Assembly (NCBI GenBank): GCA_031370785.1
Contig: JANMQY010000015.1
Span: 1-64,000 of the forward strand
Reading direction: 5' to 3'
DNA from: Candidatus Eiseniibacteriota bacterium
GTDB taxonomy: Bacteria; Eisenbacteria; RBG-16-71-46
Length of the DNA: 64,000 nucleotides
The translations under genes were made by a program, and so were the position numbers. This document shows positions 10,901 to 21,260 of the stretch, one piece after another. The notes under the pieces were generated by a model, which was given only the letters and a program-made list of their open reading frames with translations, was not told the DNA's origin and made no database searches. Positions within the stretch are counted from its first letter, which is position 1, and each line of letters begins with the position of its first letter.

Positions 10901-11554
10901 CAGGCGCTGATACTTGCGCGCCTTGCCCACCTGGCGCGCCAGGGAGCGCAGCTCGCGCTCGATCTCGAACACGATGTCGTTGAGGCGGGTCAGGTCGCCC
11001 TCGGTGGCATCGAGCTTGTTGAGCGCCTCCTTCTTGCGCGACTTGTACTTGGTGATGCCCGACGCTTCCTCGAACAGGAAGCGGCGGTGGCCCGAGTTGT
11101 CGCTGAGGACGTTGTCCACCATCGAGCGCTCGATCACCGAGTAGGCGTGGCTGCCCATCCCGGTGTCGAAGAACAGGTCGCGGATGTCCTTGAGGCGGCA
11201 CGGGGTCTTGTTGAGGAAGTACTCGCTCATCCCCGATCGGAACACGCGGCGCGAGATGGTGACCTCGCTGAACTCCGTGGGCAGGATGCCGCGGTCGTTC
11301 TTGAACGTGAGGTGGACTTCGGCGAGGCCGAGCGGCTTGCGGGTCGGGCAGCCGTTGAAGATCACGTCTTCCATCGAGTCGCCGCGTAGCTGCTTGGCGC
11401 TCTGCTCGCCCATCACCCAGCGGATGGCGTCGGAGACGTTGGTCTTGCCACAGCCGTTCGGACCAATGACGCCGGTGACGCCATTGCTGAACTGGAGGAC
11501 CGTCTTGTCCACGAACGACTTGAAGCCCTGAAGCTCGATTTTATCGAGAAACAT
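7955..11554 (-). CDS. smc: Chromosome segregation protein SMC
   Basis: GFKSF, GPNGCGKTN, long coiled coils with hinge, MSGGE and LDEVDAPLD motifs. Confidence 0.97.
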   Translation of the reverse strand: MFLDKIELQGFKSFVDKTVLQFSNGVTGVIGPNGCGKTNVSDAIRWVMGEQSAKQLRGDSMEDVIFNGCPTRKPLGLAEVHLTFKNDRGILPTEFSEVTISRRVFRSGMSEYFLNKTPCRLKDIRDLFFDTGMGSHAYSVIERSMVDNVLSDNSGHRRFLFEEASGITKYKSRKKEALNKLDATEGDLTRLNDIVFEIERELRSLARQVGKARKYQRLRTEIRDLDLQLTSGRVETLRAREAESRDQWQEEAVRREGIAAALDSLEAALNDRKLALLEIERELATAQGGLHDREEARTRAEHQVVLLRERAAGLTRRADEDAEEAARMRERMADALAREKEGDGRRVEIRAQRDEAQTAAEAAEGAMNAVEAELRRDRTTAADHKQLSLDLFSAEADRRAACERVRERQTSLNERRATAEARLGEIDARLAELAVAARAGSEKRNGLALELDEARRMLADVEGALSTLAGESERLAATLSTQRQERAAAESRLNTLLELKRNFEGVSVGVKALLGEGARPAGVLGVVADVLEVPARYLNALEASLGEAAAFVLAEDRDAVERALERLRGLESGRATLVDLSSLGAAAAAAVPVAEGQGVIGRASALVRCADRYRVLAERLLGSVVVVEDRDTAARLASKSEGGLRFVSLDGEVWERGRVRAGSARNLGGLLHRETQIRELGGQIAELSLGVEGLDRERETLDARRAQSVAHRESAESEVDVRREALEGLRRELEAAERETRWATTEADERRREIAGIEVELESLGRALVQAEADHAEFVGQLDRARAQLLDLDGVVRALELRRDEASAKAQEARETLLRLSRELGEWESQWARAEQTRRELESGLAQRGEDERAARAQVAQIEAEVTGLSSGLTGLLESESSQRERVVELQKRMQALKAEVQAGEDDARRRRFEQTELAELLHQLELDRLQTRSELDLTFERLRTEYEMDPTAWTPTPPPEGFDLTAAQRHVEESRVRLKGLGAVNLLALEEYGKKKERWQFLTQQRQDLISAKAQLLEAIEKINGTASQMFRDTFGKVQEHFSDIFKTLFDGGDCELRMVGEDPLECEIEIAAKPRGKHLQSISLMSGGERALTAIALLFAIYLVKPSPFCLLDEVDAPLDDANVERFLKMLRRFSDRTQFVVITHNKKSMEAANCLYGVTMQELGVSKLVSVNFDGEKATNVRVRPESEALVGAASD

Positions 11555-11792
11555 CCTTGTCCCCTCTCGTCAGGCTGCCCAACGGCGTCGTGCCGCGGCC
11601 GACGCTACCGAGGTCGATTTCACCGAGACTTCGATGGGTCAGCGGGATGCGCAAGCACTGTCTCAGTGGCCTTCCCAGGCTTCAGGATTGCGGCGCCGCC
11701 GTGGGGTGTTGATCCCTCCGGTGGTGTCGATCTCGCTGGGCGCAGGATGGCCTGTAGCGAGTGACGTTAGCGGCGGCCCTGCCGAGGGTCAA

Positions 11793-13265
11793 TCATTCTC
11801 TTCGCCGGCGCGCAGGCCCGGAGGAATGCGGTTCGGGCGCGGCCGCCCCGGTTCCGCGCGCGGCGAGCGTCGCGATCGCCAGCCCCAGCGCTTCGGCCGC
11901 CTCGCCGATTTCCGCATCGGCCAGGGTTCGCGCATCGAGCCGGAAGCTTCCGGAACGAATGGTGCCGATCACCGGCGGATGCGCGGCGCGCGCGATGCGC
12001 TCGAGCTCGGCCGCGGCCAGATCCCCGTAGGCGACATCGACCGCCCACCCGGGCAGCTTCTGCTGGGGCAACGCGCCCCCGCCCACTTCGCCCGTGCCGC
12101 GCACGACACGCACGCGGATTCCCGGCACGCGCGCCTGGAGCGCCGAGGCCAGACGCAGCGCGCGCGCCTCCTCGTCCTCCGGGCTCGAGCGAAGCATGGC
12201 CAGTGTGGGAATCTCGCGCGCGGCGCGCGCGGTGTCGGCATAGAGCGGCAGAGTGGCTTCGAGCGCGGCCAGCGCGAGCTTGTCCGCGCGCAGCGCCCGG
12301 GCCATCGGATCTTTTCGGACCCTGCTCACCCAGCGGCTCGCGCCCAGCACGAGGCCGGCCTGCGCCCCGCCCAGCAGCTTGTCCCCGGAAAACGTCACCA
12401 GATCGGCGCCCGCCGCGAGACTCTCGCCCACCGTCGGCTCGTGCTCGAGCCCGAAGGGCGCGAGGTCCACCAGGGCGCCACTGCCGAGGTCCTCGATCAG
12501 CGGAATGCGGCGCCGGCGAGTCAGCTTCGCCAGCTCGCCCGCCTCGGGCCGGGCGGTGAAGCCCTCGATGCGAAAGTTGCTCTGGTGCACGCGCAGGATC
12601 GCGGCGACGTCGGCGTGCTTCTCCAGCGCGGCGCGGTAGTCGCTGAGATGCGTCCGGTTGGTGGAGCCCACTTCGATCAGGGTCGCGCCGCTCTTGGCCA
12701 GGATCTCGGGGACACGGAACGATCCGCCGATCTCGACCAGCTCGCCGCGCGAGACCACGACCTTGCGCCCCGCGGCCAGCGCCGAGAGCACCAGCATCAC
12801 CGCCGCGGCCCCGTTGTTGACGACGATCGCCGCCTCGGCGCCGGTCAGGCGCGTGAGCCAGCGTTCGACGCCCGCGCCGCGTTCCCCGCGCCGGCCGCTC
12901 TCGAGGTCGTACTCGAGGCTCGAGTAGCCGGCCGCGATCTCGGCCACCGCCGCACGCGCGGGGGCCGCAAGCGGCGCGCGCCCGAGGTTGGTGTGGAGCA
13001 CGACGCCGGTCGCGTTGAGCACGCGACGCAGCTGCGGGCGTCCGGCGCTCAGCGCGCGCGTGGCCGCGCTCGCGGCGAGTTGAGCCGGCGATGGCGCCGC
13101 GCCCCCGTTGCGCCGCAGGCGCGCGCGCTCCGCAGCCAGTTCGCCTCGGACCGCTTCGACCAGGAGCGTGCGCGGCACGTGCGCGCCGGCCGCGATTAGA
13201 ACCGGCTCGCGCAGCAGGGTCTCCACGGCGGGCAGGGCCCGCATCGGTCCGGGGCTGGTTTTCAC
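11793..13265 (-). CDS. selA: L-seryl-tRNA(Sec) selenium transferase
   Basis: NATGVVLHTNLGRAPL, SRGELVEIGGSFR, EDLGSG and SGDKLLGG motifs. Confidence 0.95.
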   Translation of the reverse strand: MKTSPGPMRALPAVETLLREPVLIAAGAHVPRTLLVEAVRGELAAERARLRRNGGAAPSPAQLAASAATRALSAGRPQLRRVLNATGVVLHTNLGRAPLAAPARAAVAEIAAGYSSLEYDLESGRRGERGAGVERWLTRLTGAEAAIVVNNGAAAVMLVLSALAAGRKVVVSRGELVEIGGSFRVPEILAKSGATLIEVGSTNRTHLSDYRAALEKHADVAAILRVHQSNFRIEGFTARPEAGELAKLTRRRRIPLIEDLGSGALVDLAPFGLEHEPTVGESLAAGADLVTFSGDKLLGGAQAGLVLGASRWVSRVRKDPMARALRADKLALAALEATLPLYADTARAAREIPTLAMLRSSPEDEEARALRLASALQARVPGIRVRVVRGTGEVGGGALPQQKLPGWAVDVAYGDLAAAELERIARAAHPPVIGTIRSGSFRLDARTLADAEIGEAAEALGLAIATLAARGTGAAAPEPHSSGPARRRRE

Positions 13266-13317
13266 GCGGCCATCCTAGCGGCGCCGGACTCCCCGCGACA
13301 ACCGGGCGGCGCGGCCC

Positions 13318-14024
<707 letters not shown>

Positions 14025-14028
<4 letters not shown>

Positions 14029-14822
14029 GCGCCCGCCCCGAGGTCGGCCTGGACCTCTTCGCCGAGATAGGCCTCGACCACCTTGGGATCGGTGCGGATC
14101 TCGGCCGGCGTGCCCTCGGCGATCTGCACGCCGTAGTCGAGCACCGCGATGCGCCGGCAGATCCCCATCACCACTTTCATGTCGTGCTCGATCAGCAGGA
14201 TGGTGACCCGGAACTGCTGCCGGATCTGCTCGATCAGATGCATGAGCTGCTCGCTCTCCTGCGGATTGAGCCCGGCTGCCGGCTCATCCAGCAGCAGCAG
14301 CGAGGGCCGGCCGGCGAGGGCGCGCGCGATCTCGAGCCGCCGCTGCTGCCCGTAGGGCAGATCGGCGGCCGGTGTGTCCGCCCATTCGGTGAGCCCGAGC
14401 ACCGCAAGCAGCTCATCGGCCTGGCTCATCATCGAGCGCTCATCGCTCCAGAAGCGCGCGGTGCGCAGCAGCGCGTCGGTGAGCGTCGCGCGGGTGTGCT
14501 GATGCGCGGCGATGCACACGTTGTCGCGGCATGAGCGTGAGGCGAAGAGCCGGATGTTCTGGAAGGTGCGGGTGATGCCGCGCCTGGCGATCGCGTGCGG
14601 GCGCAGCCCCTGGATCGCGCGGCCCTCGAACAACACGCGTCCCACGGTGGGCGCGTAGACGCCGGTGATCAGGTTGAACACCGTGGTCTTGCCCGCGCCG
14701 TTGGGTCCGATCAGTCCCACCAGCTCGCCGCGTCCGACCTGCAGCGAAAGGTCGGAGACCGCTTTCAGCCCGCCGAACTGCATGGTCACGTGGTCCAGCT
14801 CGAGCAGCACGTCGCTTCTCAT
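14025..14822 (-). CDS. livG: Branched-chain amino acid ABC transporter ATPase
   Basis: GPNGAGKTT, RTFQNIRLF and LPYGQQRRLEIARAL motifs; ATGA overlap with livM. Confidence 0.93.
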
Positions 14823-15802
14823 GCGCGCTCCGCCGCCGCGCGCCGCCGGAACATCCGGAGCGACAGCTCCCGCCTTCCCATCAGCCCGCCGGGCCGCGTG
14901 ATCATGAGCACGATCAGCATCAGCGAGTAGATGACCATCCGGTATTCCTTGACCGGCCTCAGCAGCTCGGGCGCGAGCGTCAGCAGGATCGCCGCCATCA
15001 CCGAGCCCGTGATGCTGCCCATCCCGCCGAGCACCACCATCGCGATCACCTCGATGCTCTTGAGGAACGTGAAGGAGTTGGGATTGAGATAGGACAGGTA
15101 GTGCGCGAACAGTCCGCCCGCGACGCCGGCGAAGAATGCGCCCATGACGAAGGCCAGTACCTTGTACGAGGTGGTGTCCACGCCCAGCGCCTCGGCCGCC
15201 ACCTCGTCGTCGCGGATCGCGAACAGCGCGCGGCCATGCGTGCTGTGCGCGAGGTTCTGCGCAACCGCGATCACCGCAACGACCCACACCCCGACCCAGA
15301 AGAAGTTCACCCAGCCCGGAATCCCGGGCAGCCCGCGCGCGGCGCCGACCGCATCGACGTTCAGGATCACCACGCGGATGATCTCGCCGAATCCGAGGGT
15401 CACGATCGCGAGGTAGTCGCCGCGCAGGCGCAGCGACGGCAGGCCGACGAGGTAGCCGGCCACCGCGGCCAGCAGTCCTCCGAGAATGAGCGCCACGCAC
15501 AGCGCGACGCCCTGCCCGATCACATCGGGGACGCCGAGCGCGCCGAGCGACGCGACCCAGCCCTTGCCGACGTGCAGCGAGAACATCGCCGATCCGTACG
15601 CGCCGATCGCCATGAAGCCGGCATGCCCGATCGAGAACTGCCCGGTGAACCCGTTGATGAGATTGAGCGACACCGCGAGGATCACGTTGATCCCGCACAG
15701 CACCAGCACCTGGAACAGGTACGGGTTGAGGAAGCGGGGAAGCGCGACGTCGAGCGCGACCAGCAACGCCAGGGTCAGCGCCACTCCAAGCAGTCGCTTC
15801 AC
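14819..15802 (-). CDS. livM: Branched-chain amino acid ABC transporter permease
   Basis: GQFSIGHAGF and LRLRGDYLAIVTLGFGEI motifs. Confidence 0.93.
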   Translation of the reverse strand: MKRLLGVALTLALLVALDVALPRFLNPYLFQVLVLCGINVILAVSLNLINGFTGQFSIGHAGFMAIGAYGSAMFSLHVGKGWVASLGALGVPDVIGQGVALCVALILGGLLAAVAGYLVGLPSLRLRGDYLAIVTLGFGEIIRVVILNVDAVGAARGLPGIPGWVNFFWVGVWVVAVIAVAQNLAHSTHGRALFAIRDDEVAAEALGVDTTSYKVLAFVMGAFFAGVAGGLFAHYLSYLNPNSFTFLKSIEVIAMVVLGGMGSITGSVMAAILLTLAPELLRPVKEYRMVIYSLMLIVLMITRPGGLMGRRELSLRMFRRRAAAERA

Positions 15803-15803
15803 G

Positions 15804-16706
15804 TCACACCTTCTCGGCAGTGTTCTTGCCGAGGATTCCCGACGGGCGTACCAGCAGGATCACGATCAGCAGCACGAACGCGATCGCGTCACGGTAGGTG
15901 GGCGAGATGTAGCCCACCACCAGCACCTCGGCGATGCCCATCACCAGCCCGCCGAGCACGGCCCCCGGGATGTTGCCGATCCCGCCGAGCACCGCGGCGA
16001 CGAATGCCTTGAGCCCGGGCATGATGCCCATCAGCGGCTCGATCTTGGGATTCTGGAGCGCCACCAGCACGCCGGCGGCCGCGGCCAGCATCGAGCCGAG
16101 CATGAAGGTGAAGGTGATGATGCGGTCGACCGAGATGCCCATGAGCGCCGCGGCGGTGGGATTGTGCGAGACCGCCTGCATCGCCTTGCCGACCCGGGTC
16201 TTGAGCACGATGAAGCGCAGCGCGAACATCAGCACCAGCGACACCACCAGAATGATGATCTGCTGGTTCGAGATGGTGACTCCGAGCCCGAGCGGGATGT
16301 TCTTCGCCACGATGATCTGCGGGAAGAACTTGGGGCTCGCGCCGAACAGCAGGATGCCGCCGTTCTCGAGCAGCAGCGAGACGCCGATCGCGGTGATGAG
16401 CGCGGAGAGGCGCGACGACCTGCGCACCGGCTTGTACGCGGCGCGCTCGATGATGATCCCGACCACGCCCGCCGCGAGCATCGAGATCAGGAGGACCAGG
16501 ATGGCCTTGATCGGGTTCGGGTCGGTCGCCGAACCCAGGAAGCGCGCGGTGTAGTACCCGAAGAACGCTCCGAGCATGTAGATGTCGCCGTGCGCGAAGT
16601 TGATCAGCCGCAGGATGCCGTAGACCATCGTGTAGCCCAGTGCGATCAGGGCGTACACGCTGCCCCACGTCACCCCGTTGACCATCTGCTGCAGGAACTC
16701 CGACAC
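15804..16706 (-). CDS. livH: Branched-chain amino acid ABC transporter permease
   Basis: GSVYALIALGYTMVYG, INFAHG and KAFVAAVLGGIG motifs. Confidence 0.93.
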   Translation of the reverse strand: MSEFLQQMVNGVTWGSVYALIALGYTMVYGILRLINFAHGDIYMLGAFFGYYTARFLGSATDPNPIKAILVLLISMLAAGVVGIIIERAAYKPVRRSSRLSALITAIGVSLLLENGGILLFGASPKFFPQIIVAKNIPLGLGVTISNQQIIILVVSLVLMFALRFIVLKTRVGKAMQAVSHNPTAAALMGISVDRIITFTFMLGSMLAAAAGVLVALQNPKIEPLMGIMPGLKAFVAAVLGGIGNIPGAVLGGLVMGIAEVLVVGYISPTYRDAIAFVLLIVILLVRPSGILGKNTAEKV

Positions 16707-16721
16707 GCGCGTGATCGGTTC

Positions 16722-17933
16722 TTAGGGATTGATGGTGGTTTCGTAGACCTTCTTGCCGCCCTTGACCGCGATCACCACCGCGGGCTTGGCCGCATTGCGG
16801 TTCTCATCCAGCGTGATGGTGCCGGTCACGCCGGGATAACCGGTGGTCGTGGCGATGATGTCACGCAGCTTCTTCTCGGCGGTCTTGCGCAGGTCGGTGC
16901 CCGCCTTCGAGGCCGCGAAGCCCTTGAACGTCTCGGGATCGGTCTCGTGCAGCTTCTGCAGCGACTGGAACAGGACGTTGGCCGCGTCGTAGGCGAGCCC
17001 GGCGATCGCATCCGGCTCCGCGCCGAACTTGCCTTTGTACTTGCCCAGGAATGCCTGCAAGTTCGTGTCCGGATTGTCGACCGAGAAGTGATTCGAGTAG
17101 TACGAGCCGTCGAGCGCCGAGCCGCCGATCTTCAGCAGCTGATCGCTCTCCCACCCGTCGCCGCCGAGCAGCGGGCAGGTCAGCCCGAGCTCACGCGCCT
17201 GGCGTGCGATCAGACCCACCTCGGTGTAATAGCCGGGAATGTAGATCGCCTCCGGACGCTTGGCCTTGAGCGCGGTCAGCTGCGCGCGGAAGTCCTGATC
17301 GCCTGCGCTGAACGCCTGCTCGGCGAGGATGCTGCCTCCGAGCGCGGTGAAGCTCTCGGTGAAGAACTGGGTCAGGCCGACGCTGTAGTCGCTCTTCACG
17401 TCCTTGAGGATGGCGACCCTCTTGAGCTTCAGGTTCTGGGCCGCGAACTTGGCCATTACCGTGCCCTGGAACGGGTCGATGAAGCACATGCGGAAGATGT
17501 AGTCGCCGACCAGCGTGACCTTGGGATTGGTGGAGGACGGCGAAATCATCGGCACGCCAGCCGCCTGGCAGGCCGGCGCGGCCGCGAGGCTGCGCGAAGA
17601 GGCCACCTCGCCGATCACCGCGATGACACGGTCCTGATTGAGGAGCTTCTGCACGACGGTGGCGGCCTCTTCCGCCTTGCCCTGGTCGTCTTCGCTCACC
17701 ACCCGCACCTTGAGGCCGCCGATCTTGCCTTCGCTCTTCAGGGTCAGCTCCCCGACCGCGAGATCGACGCCATTCTTCGTGGATTGCCCGAAGGTCGCAT
17801 CGTTGCCGGTCAGCGAGCCGTACTCGCCGATCACCATCTCGTCCTGTGAGCTGGACCCGCTGCAGCCCGCGACCGCGAGCGCGAAACCCAGCGCACCGGC
17901 GAGGGCCAGTCGCATCAGTGACCGTGACGTCAT
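16722..17933 (-). CDS. livK: Branched-chain amino acid ABC substrate-binding lipoprotein
   Basis: Lipobox VAGC; GEVASSRSLA, GDYIFRMCFIDPFQG and DFRAQLT motifs. Confidence 0.9.
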   Translation of the reverse strand: MTSRSLMRLALAGALGFALAVAGCSGSSSQDEMVIGEYGSLTGNDATFGQSTKNGVDLAVGELTLKSEGKIGGLKVRVVSEDDQGKAEEAATVVQKLLNQDRVIAVIGEVASSRSLAAAPACQAAGVPMISPSSTNPKVTLVGDYIFRMCFIDPFQGTVMAKFAAQNLKLKRVAILKDVKSDYSVGLTQFFTESFTALGGSILAEQAFSAGDQDFRAQLTALKAKRPEAIYIPGYYTEVGLIARQARELGLTCPLLGGDGWESDQLLKIGGSALDGSYYSNHFSVDNPDTNLQAFLGKYKGKFGAEPDAIAGLAYDAANVLFQSLQKLHETDPETFKGFAASKAGTDLRKTAEKKLRDIIATTTGYPGVTGTITLDENRNAAKPAVVIAVKGGKKVYETTINP

Positions 17934-18139
17934 GAGGGTCTCCTGTGATTGGAGTTTGAGGGTGGAGCTGGTAGCGCGCTTGGAGGCGGCCACACCGGCG
18001 CCTGGCAGGCATGGAGGACGCCCTTTGGGAGCGCCCGACAAACCGGGACAGGTAGCACGCGTGCGCTCGGCGAAGCAAGGCAAATGATTCTCGCGGCGCC
18101 GGTTGGCACGCGCCAGATGCGGTGCTAGTGTGCGCGCGC

Positions 18140-20542
18140 ATGAGCCCGTCCGCGCGCGCAAGGATGCGCCGTCGCGCGCCGTGGTGGCCGCTCGCCCTCG
18201 CGGCGCTGGCGACCACCGCGGCGCTTTCCGGCTGCGCCAGCGTCCCCGCCAGACCACCCGCCCAGTCCGCTGCGCGTCCGGCGCCCGGCTACGTGAAGCG
18301 GGTGGACGAGCTCACCGCGATCGACGCCTCCAGCCTCGCTGGCCGCAGGATCGCGCTCGATCCCGGTCACGGTGGCGTCTTCCGCGGTGCGCTCGGCGTC
18401 GACGGCCTGACCGAGGCCGAGGTCAACCTCGGCGTCGCGCTTCACCTGCGCGGCCTGCTCGAGGCGCACGGCGCCACCGTGTTCATGAGCCGCACCGACG
18501 ATCGCGATTTCCTCTCTCCCGAGGACAGCACGCTGCGCTTCGACCTCGCCGAGCGCACGCGGCGCGCGAACGAGTTCCATCCCGATCTGTTCGTGTCGAT
18601 CCACCACAACGCCGACGCACGCGGCGCGCACGATGTGAACGAGACCCAGACCTACTACAAGCTCGGGGACGACGGGCCCTCCCTGGATGCGGCCGCCGAC
18701 GTGCACCGCTACCTCGTGCGCAATCTGGGGATCCAGAAACATCGCATCATGCCGGGCAACTATTTCGTGCTGAGAAACAGCGTCGCGCCCGCGCTGCTCA
18801 CCGAATCGAGCTATCTCACCAATCCCGACGTCGAAAAGAAGCTCGCGCTCGCCGCCAAGCAGCGGCTCGAAGCCGAGGCGCTGTTCCTCGGCCTCGCAAA
18901 GTACTTCTCGAGGCGGGTGCCGGTGATCGAGGAGTTCCGGGCATACCGCCCGAGTCATCCCGGAGCCGATTCTGCTTTCATCGGAGGTTTTGCGCTTCGC
19001 GCTCGAGTGCGAGGAGCCGCCGATCAGGTCCGGATGACCGTGGACGGCACACCCGTCACGCTCACGATCCAGGGTGATCGACTGGATTGGACCGATCCAC
19101 GCGGACTCCCGATCGGCACCCACGTCGCGACCCTCGCGGTGGGATTGGCCGGCGAAGGAACCTCGCCGACCCGCACCCTGCGCCTTCACGTTTCGAGCGC
19201 GCCAGGGCGGATCGTGGCCGAATTCCCCGACCAGATGCCGTGGCATGGTGAACAGCCGCTCGGACTACGGGTGCGTGTGCTCGATCAGGGGGGATTCGTC
19301 TATCGCGACACGCTGAAGGTACGCGTGCGTGACGTTGGGGCGCAGACGCTCGCTCCAAAGGACACCGTGATCGTCCTTCCGGATGGCGAGGGCTGGGTCT
19401 ACTTCCGGACCTGGGACCGCCCGCTCCGATCTGCGCGGGCGCCGCGTGGAGTCGCAGTCCGGATCGGTCTGCACCCGCCGCTCGAGCGTGACCCCGGCAG
19501 GAGCGCGGACGACGTTTCGGTCCGCATCTCCATGGACCTTGCGAGGGAAGAACCCGTGCGCACCGGGTTCGCACGCGGCATGCCGGCCGACACGATCCTC
19601 ACCGCCGCGCCGGGCACGACCGGGTTCGCGCCGCGCATCGAGTGGATCAATCGCGATGGCTTCGTTCGGCTGCGGCGCGATTCCTCGGGCGCGGTTCGCA
19701 TCCCGCGCCTCGCCGGCTACCGCGCGTGGCCTTCCGACTCGATCTGGCCGCCGCGCTTCGCCGCGATCGCCGGCGGAGCGCTGCACGGCAGGCGCATTAC
19801 GCTCGATCCCGACGGCGGCGGCGAAGACGCGGCGGGCAGCGGCCCGAGCGGCACGCGCGCGTCCACGCTCAATCTGGAGGTCGCTCGCGCGCTTGCCGGC
19901 CATCTCGTCGCGGCCGGCGCCGAGGTCAGGCTCACCCGCGAAGGCGACTTCTCGATGTCGGACGTGGAGCGCGTGCAGGTGAGCGAGGCGTTCCACGCCG
20001 ATCGCTTCGTGCGCATCGGGCACGCGGCCGAGCCGCCGATGCTCGGCTACTACTTCTCGAGCGCGGGAGGAAAGCGCATGGCCGAGCGCACCGCGGCCGC
20101 GTTTGCAACGCTCGGGATCGTGGCGCCAGGGCTCGCCGAGGACGCGCAGTACCCGCTGCAGCAGACCTCGTGTCCCGCGCTCTACGTCTCCGCGGCGCGC
20201 GTCGATGACGCCTCGTCCGAGGAGGCGCTGCTCGCGCCGGGCGCGCTGCGAGCCGAGGCGTACGCGCTTTTCGTCGCGCTCGCGCGCGAATGGGCGCCGG
20301 ATGCGGAGTGGCCGGCCGACTCGATCGAGGTGCGCGGCGCGGACGGCAAACCGGTCGCGGGCGCGGCGGTCACCCTGGGAGGCGCGCTCGTGGTCGAGAC
20401 CGACGCGTTCGGTCGCACGCGATTCGTACGCACCGAGCCTGGTCTGATCGAGGCTGCGGTCGAGGATTCGCGGGTCCGCGCGCGCACCGTTCTGCTAGAC
20501 TCTTCGCGGGGCATCATCCTGACCGGGTCGATCGGGCGCTGA
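18140..20542 (+). CDS. N-acetylmuramoyl-L-alanine amidase lipoprotein with two Amidase_3-like domains
   Basis: Lipobox LSGC; LDPGHGG..E, SIHHNA and LTE motifs; second domain LDPDGGG is degenerate. Confidence 0.85.
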   Translation: MSPSARARMRRRAPWWPLALAALATTAALSGCASVPARPPAQSAARPAPGYVKRVDELTAIDASSLAGRRIALDPGHGGVFRGALGVDGLTEAEVNLGVALHLRGLLEAHGATVFMSRTDDRDFLSPEDSTLRFDLAERTRRANEFHPDLFVSIHHNADARGAHDVNETQTYYKLGDDGPSLDAAADVHRYLVRNLGIQKHRIMPGNYFVLRNSVAPALLTESSYLTNPDVEKKLALAAKQRLEAEALFLGLAKYFSRRVPVIEEFRAYRPSHPGADSAFIGGFALRARVRGAADQVRMTVDGTPVTLTIQGDRLDWTDPRGLPIGTHVATLAVGLAGEGTSPTRTLRLHVSSAPGRIVAEFPDQMPWHGEQPLGLRVRVLDQGGFVYRDTLKVRVRDVGAQTLAPKDTVIVLPDGEGWVYFRTWDRPLRSARAPRGVAVRIGLHPPLERDPGRSADDVSVRISMDLAREEPVRTGFARGMPADTILTAAPGTTGFAPRIEWINRDGFVRLRRDSSGAVRIPRLAGYRAWPSDSIWPPRFAAIAGGALHGRRITLDPDGGGEDAAGSGPSGTRASTLNLEVARALAGHLVAAGAEVRLTREGDFSMSDVERVQVSEAFHADRFVRIGHAAEPPMLGYYFSSAGGKRMAERTAAAFATLGIVAPGLAEDAQYPLQQTSCPALYVSAARVDDASSEEALLAPGALRAEAYALFVALAREWAPDAEWPADSIEVRGADGKPVAGAAVTLGGALVVETDAFGRTRFVRTEPGLIEAAVEDSRVRARTVLLDSSRGIILTGSIGR

Positions 20543-20570
20543 CGCGGACAAGCCCCCGCGAGGCTTCACG

Positions 20571-21260
20571 ATGATCCATGGGTCGCAGGAATATTTCCTC
20601 GAGCGTGCGCGCTTCGAGCGTCGACTCTCGTTTCTGACGCTCGCGCTCTCCCTGACGCTGTTCACCGCCCTCCTGCTGTTCGCGGTCTCTCCGCTCGCGC
20701 GCCGGCTGAACGAGACCGACGTGCTCGAACACTTCGGCTTCGAAGGGCCGGAGCGCTACGTGCGCCGCATCGAGCTGCAGGCCGACGGCGGCGGGGCGAC
20801 GCGGCAGCATCTGCGCGCGATCGCGATCCCCGAGACGCATCGCGGTGGCCGGCGTGGGCGCGCGGATTCCCGCGCTCGTAACGCCGCGCCCGCGCCGCCA
20901 CGCGGTCTGCCGGGTCCCGGCGATGCGGCCGCGGATCTGATGGCGCGCGCGCTGCGCCGCGCCGGCGAGACGCCGGTGTTCCAGTCCGAGGAGCTGGTCA
21001 TCGAGGAGCTGGTGCGCCCGGTCTATCCGGAAGAAGCGCGAGACCACGGCATCGAGGGACGTGTCGCGCTCATGGCGCTGGTCGACACCATGGGACGGGT
21101 CGTGAACGTGGACCTGGTGAGTGGTGAAGAAGGCGGAGCGCTGGAGCGCGCCTCGGCGGAAGCAGTGTGGCGCTGTCGCTTCAGACCGTACCGGGTGAGC
21201 GGCGCGGCGCGCGAGGTCTACGCGGTGTTCCGGTTCGCCTTCCGACTCACGGACCGCTGA
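20571..21260 (+). CDS. Energy transducer TonB-like protein
   Basis: N-terminal TM segment; PVYPEEARDHGIEGRV...FRP TonB_C domain. Confidence 0.82.
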   Translation: MIHGSQEYFLERARFERRLSFLTLALSLTLFTALLLFAVSPLARRLNETDVLEHFGFEGPERYVRRIELQADGGGATRQHLRAIAIPETHRGGRRGRADSRARNAAPAPPRGLPGPGDAAADLMARALRRAGETPVFQSEELVIEELVRPVYPEEARDHGIEGRVALMALVDTMGRVVNVDLVSGEEGGALERASAEAVWRCRFRPYRVSGAAREVYAVFRFAFRLTDR

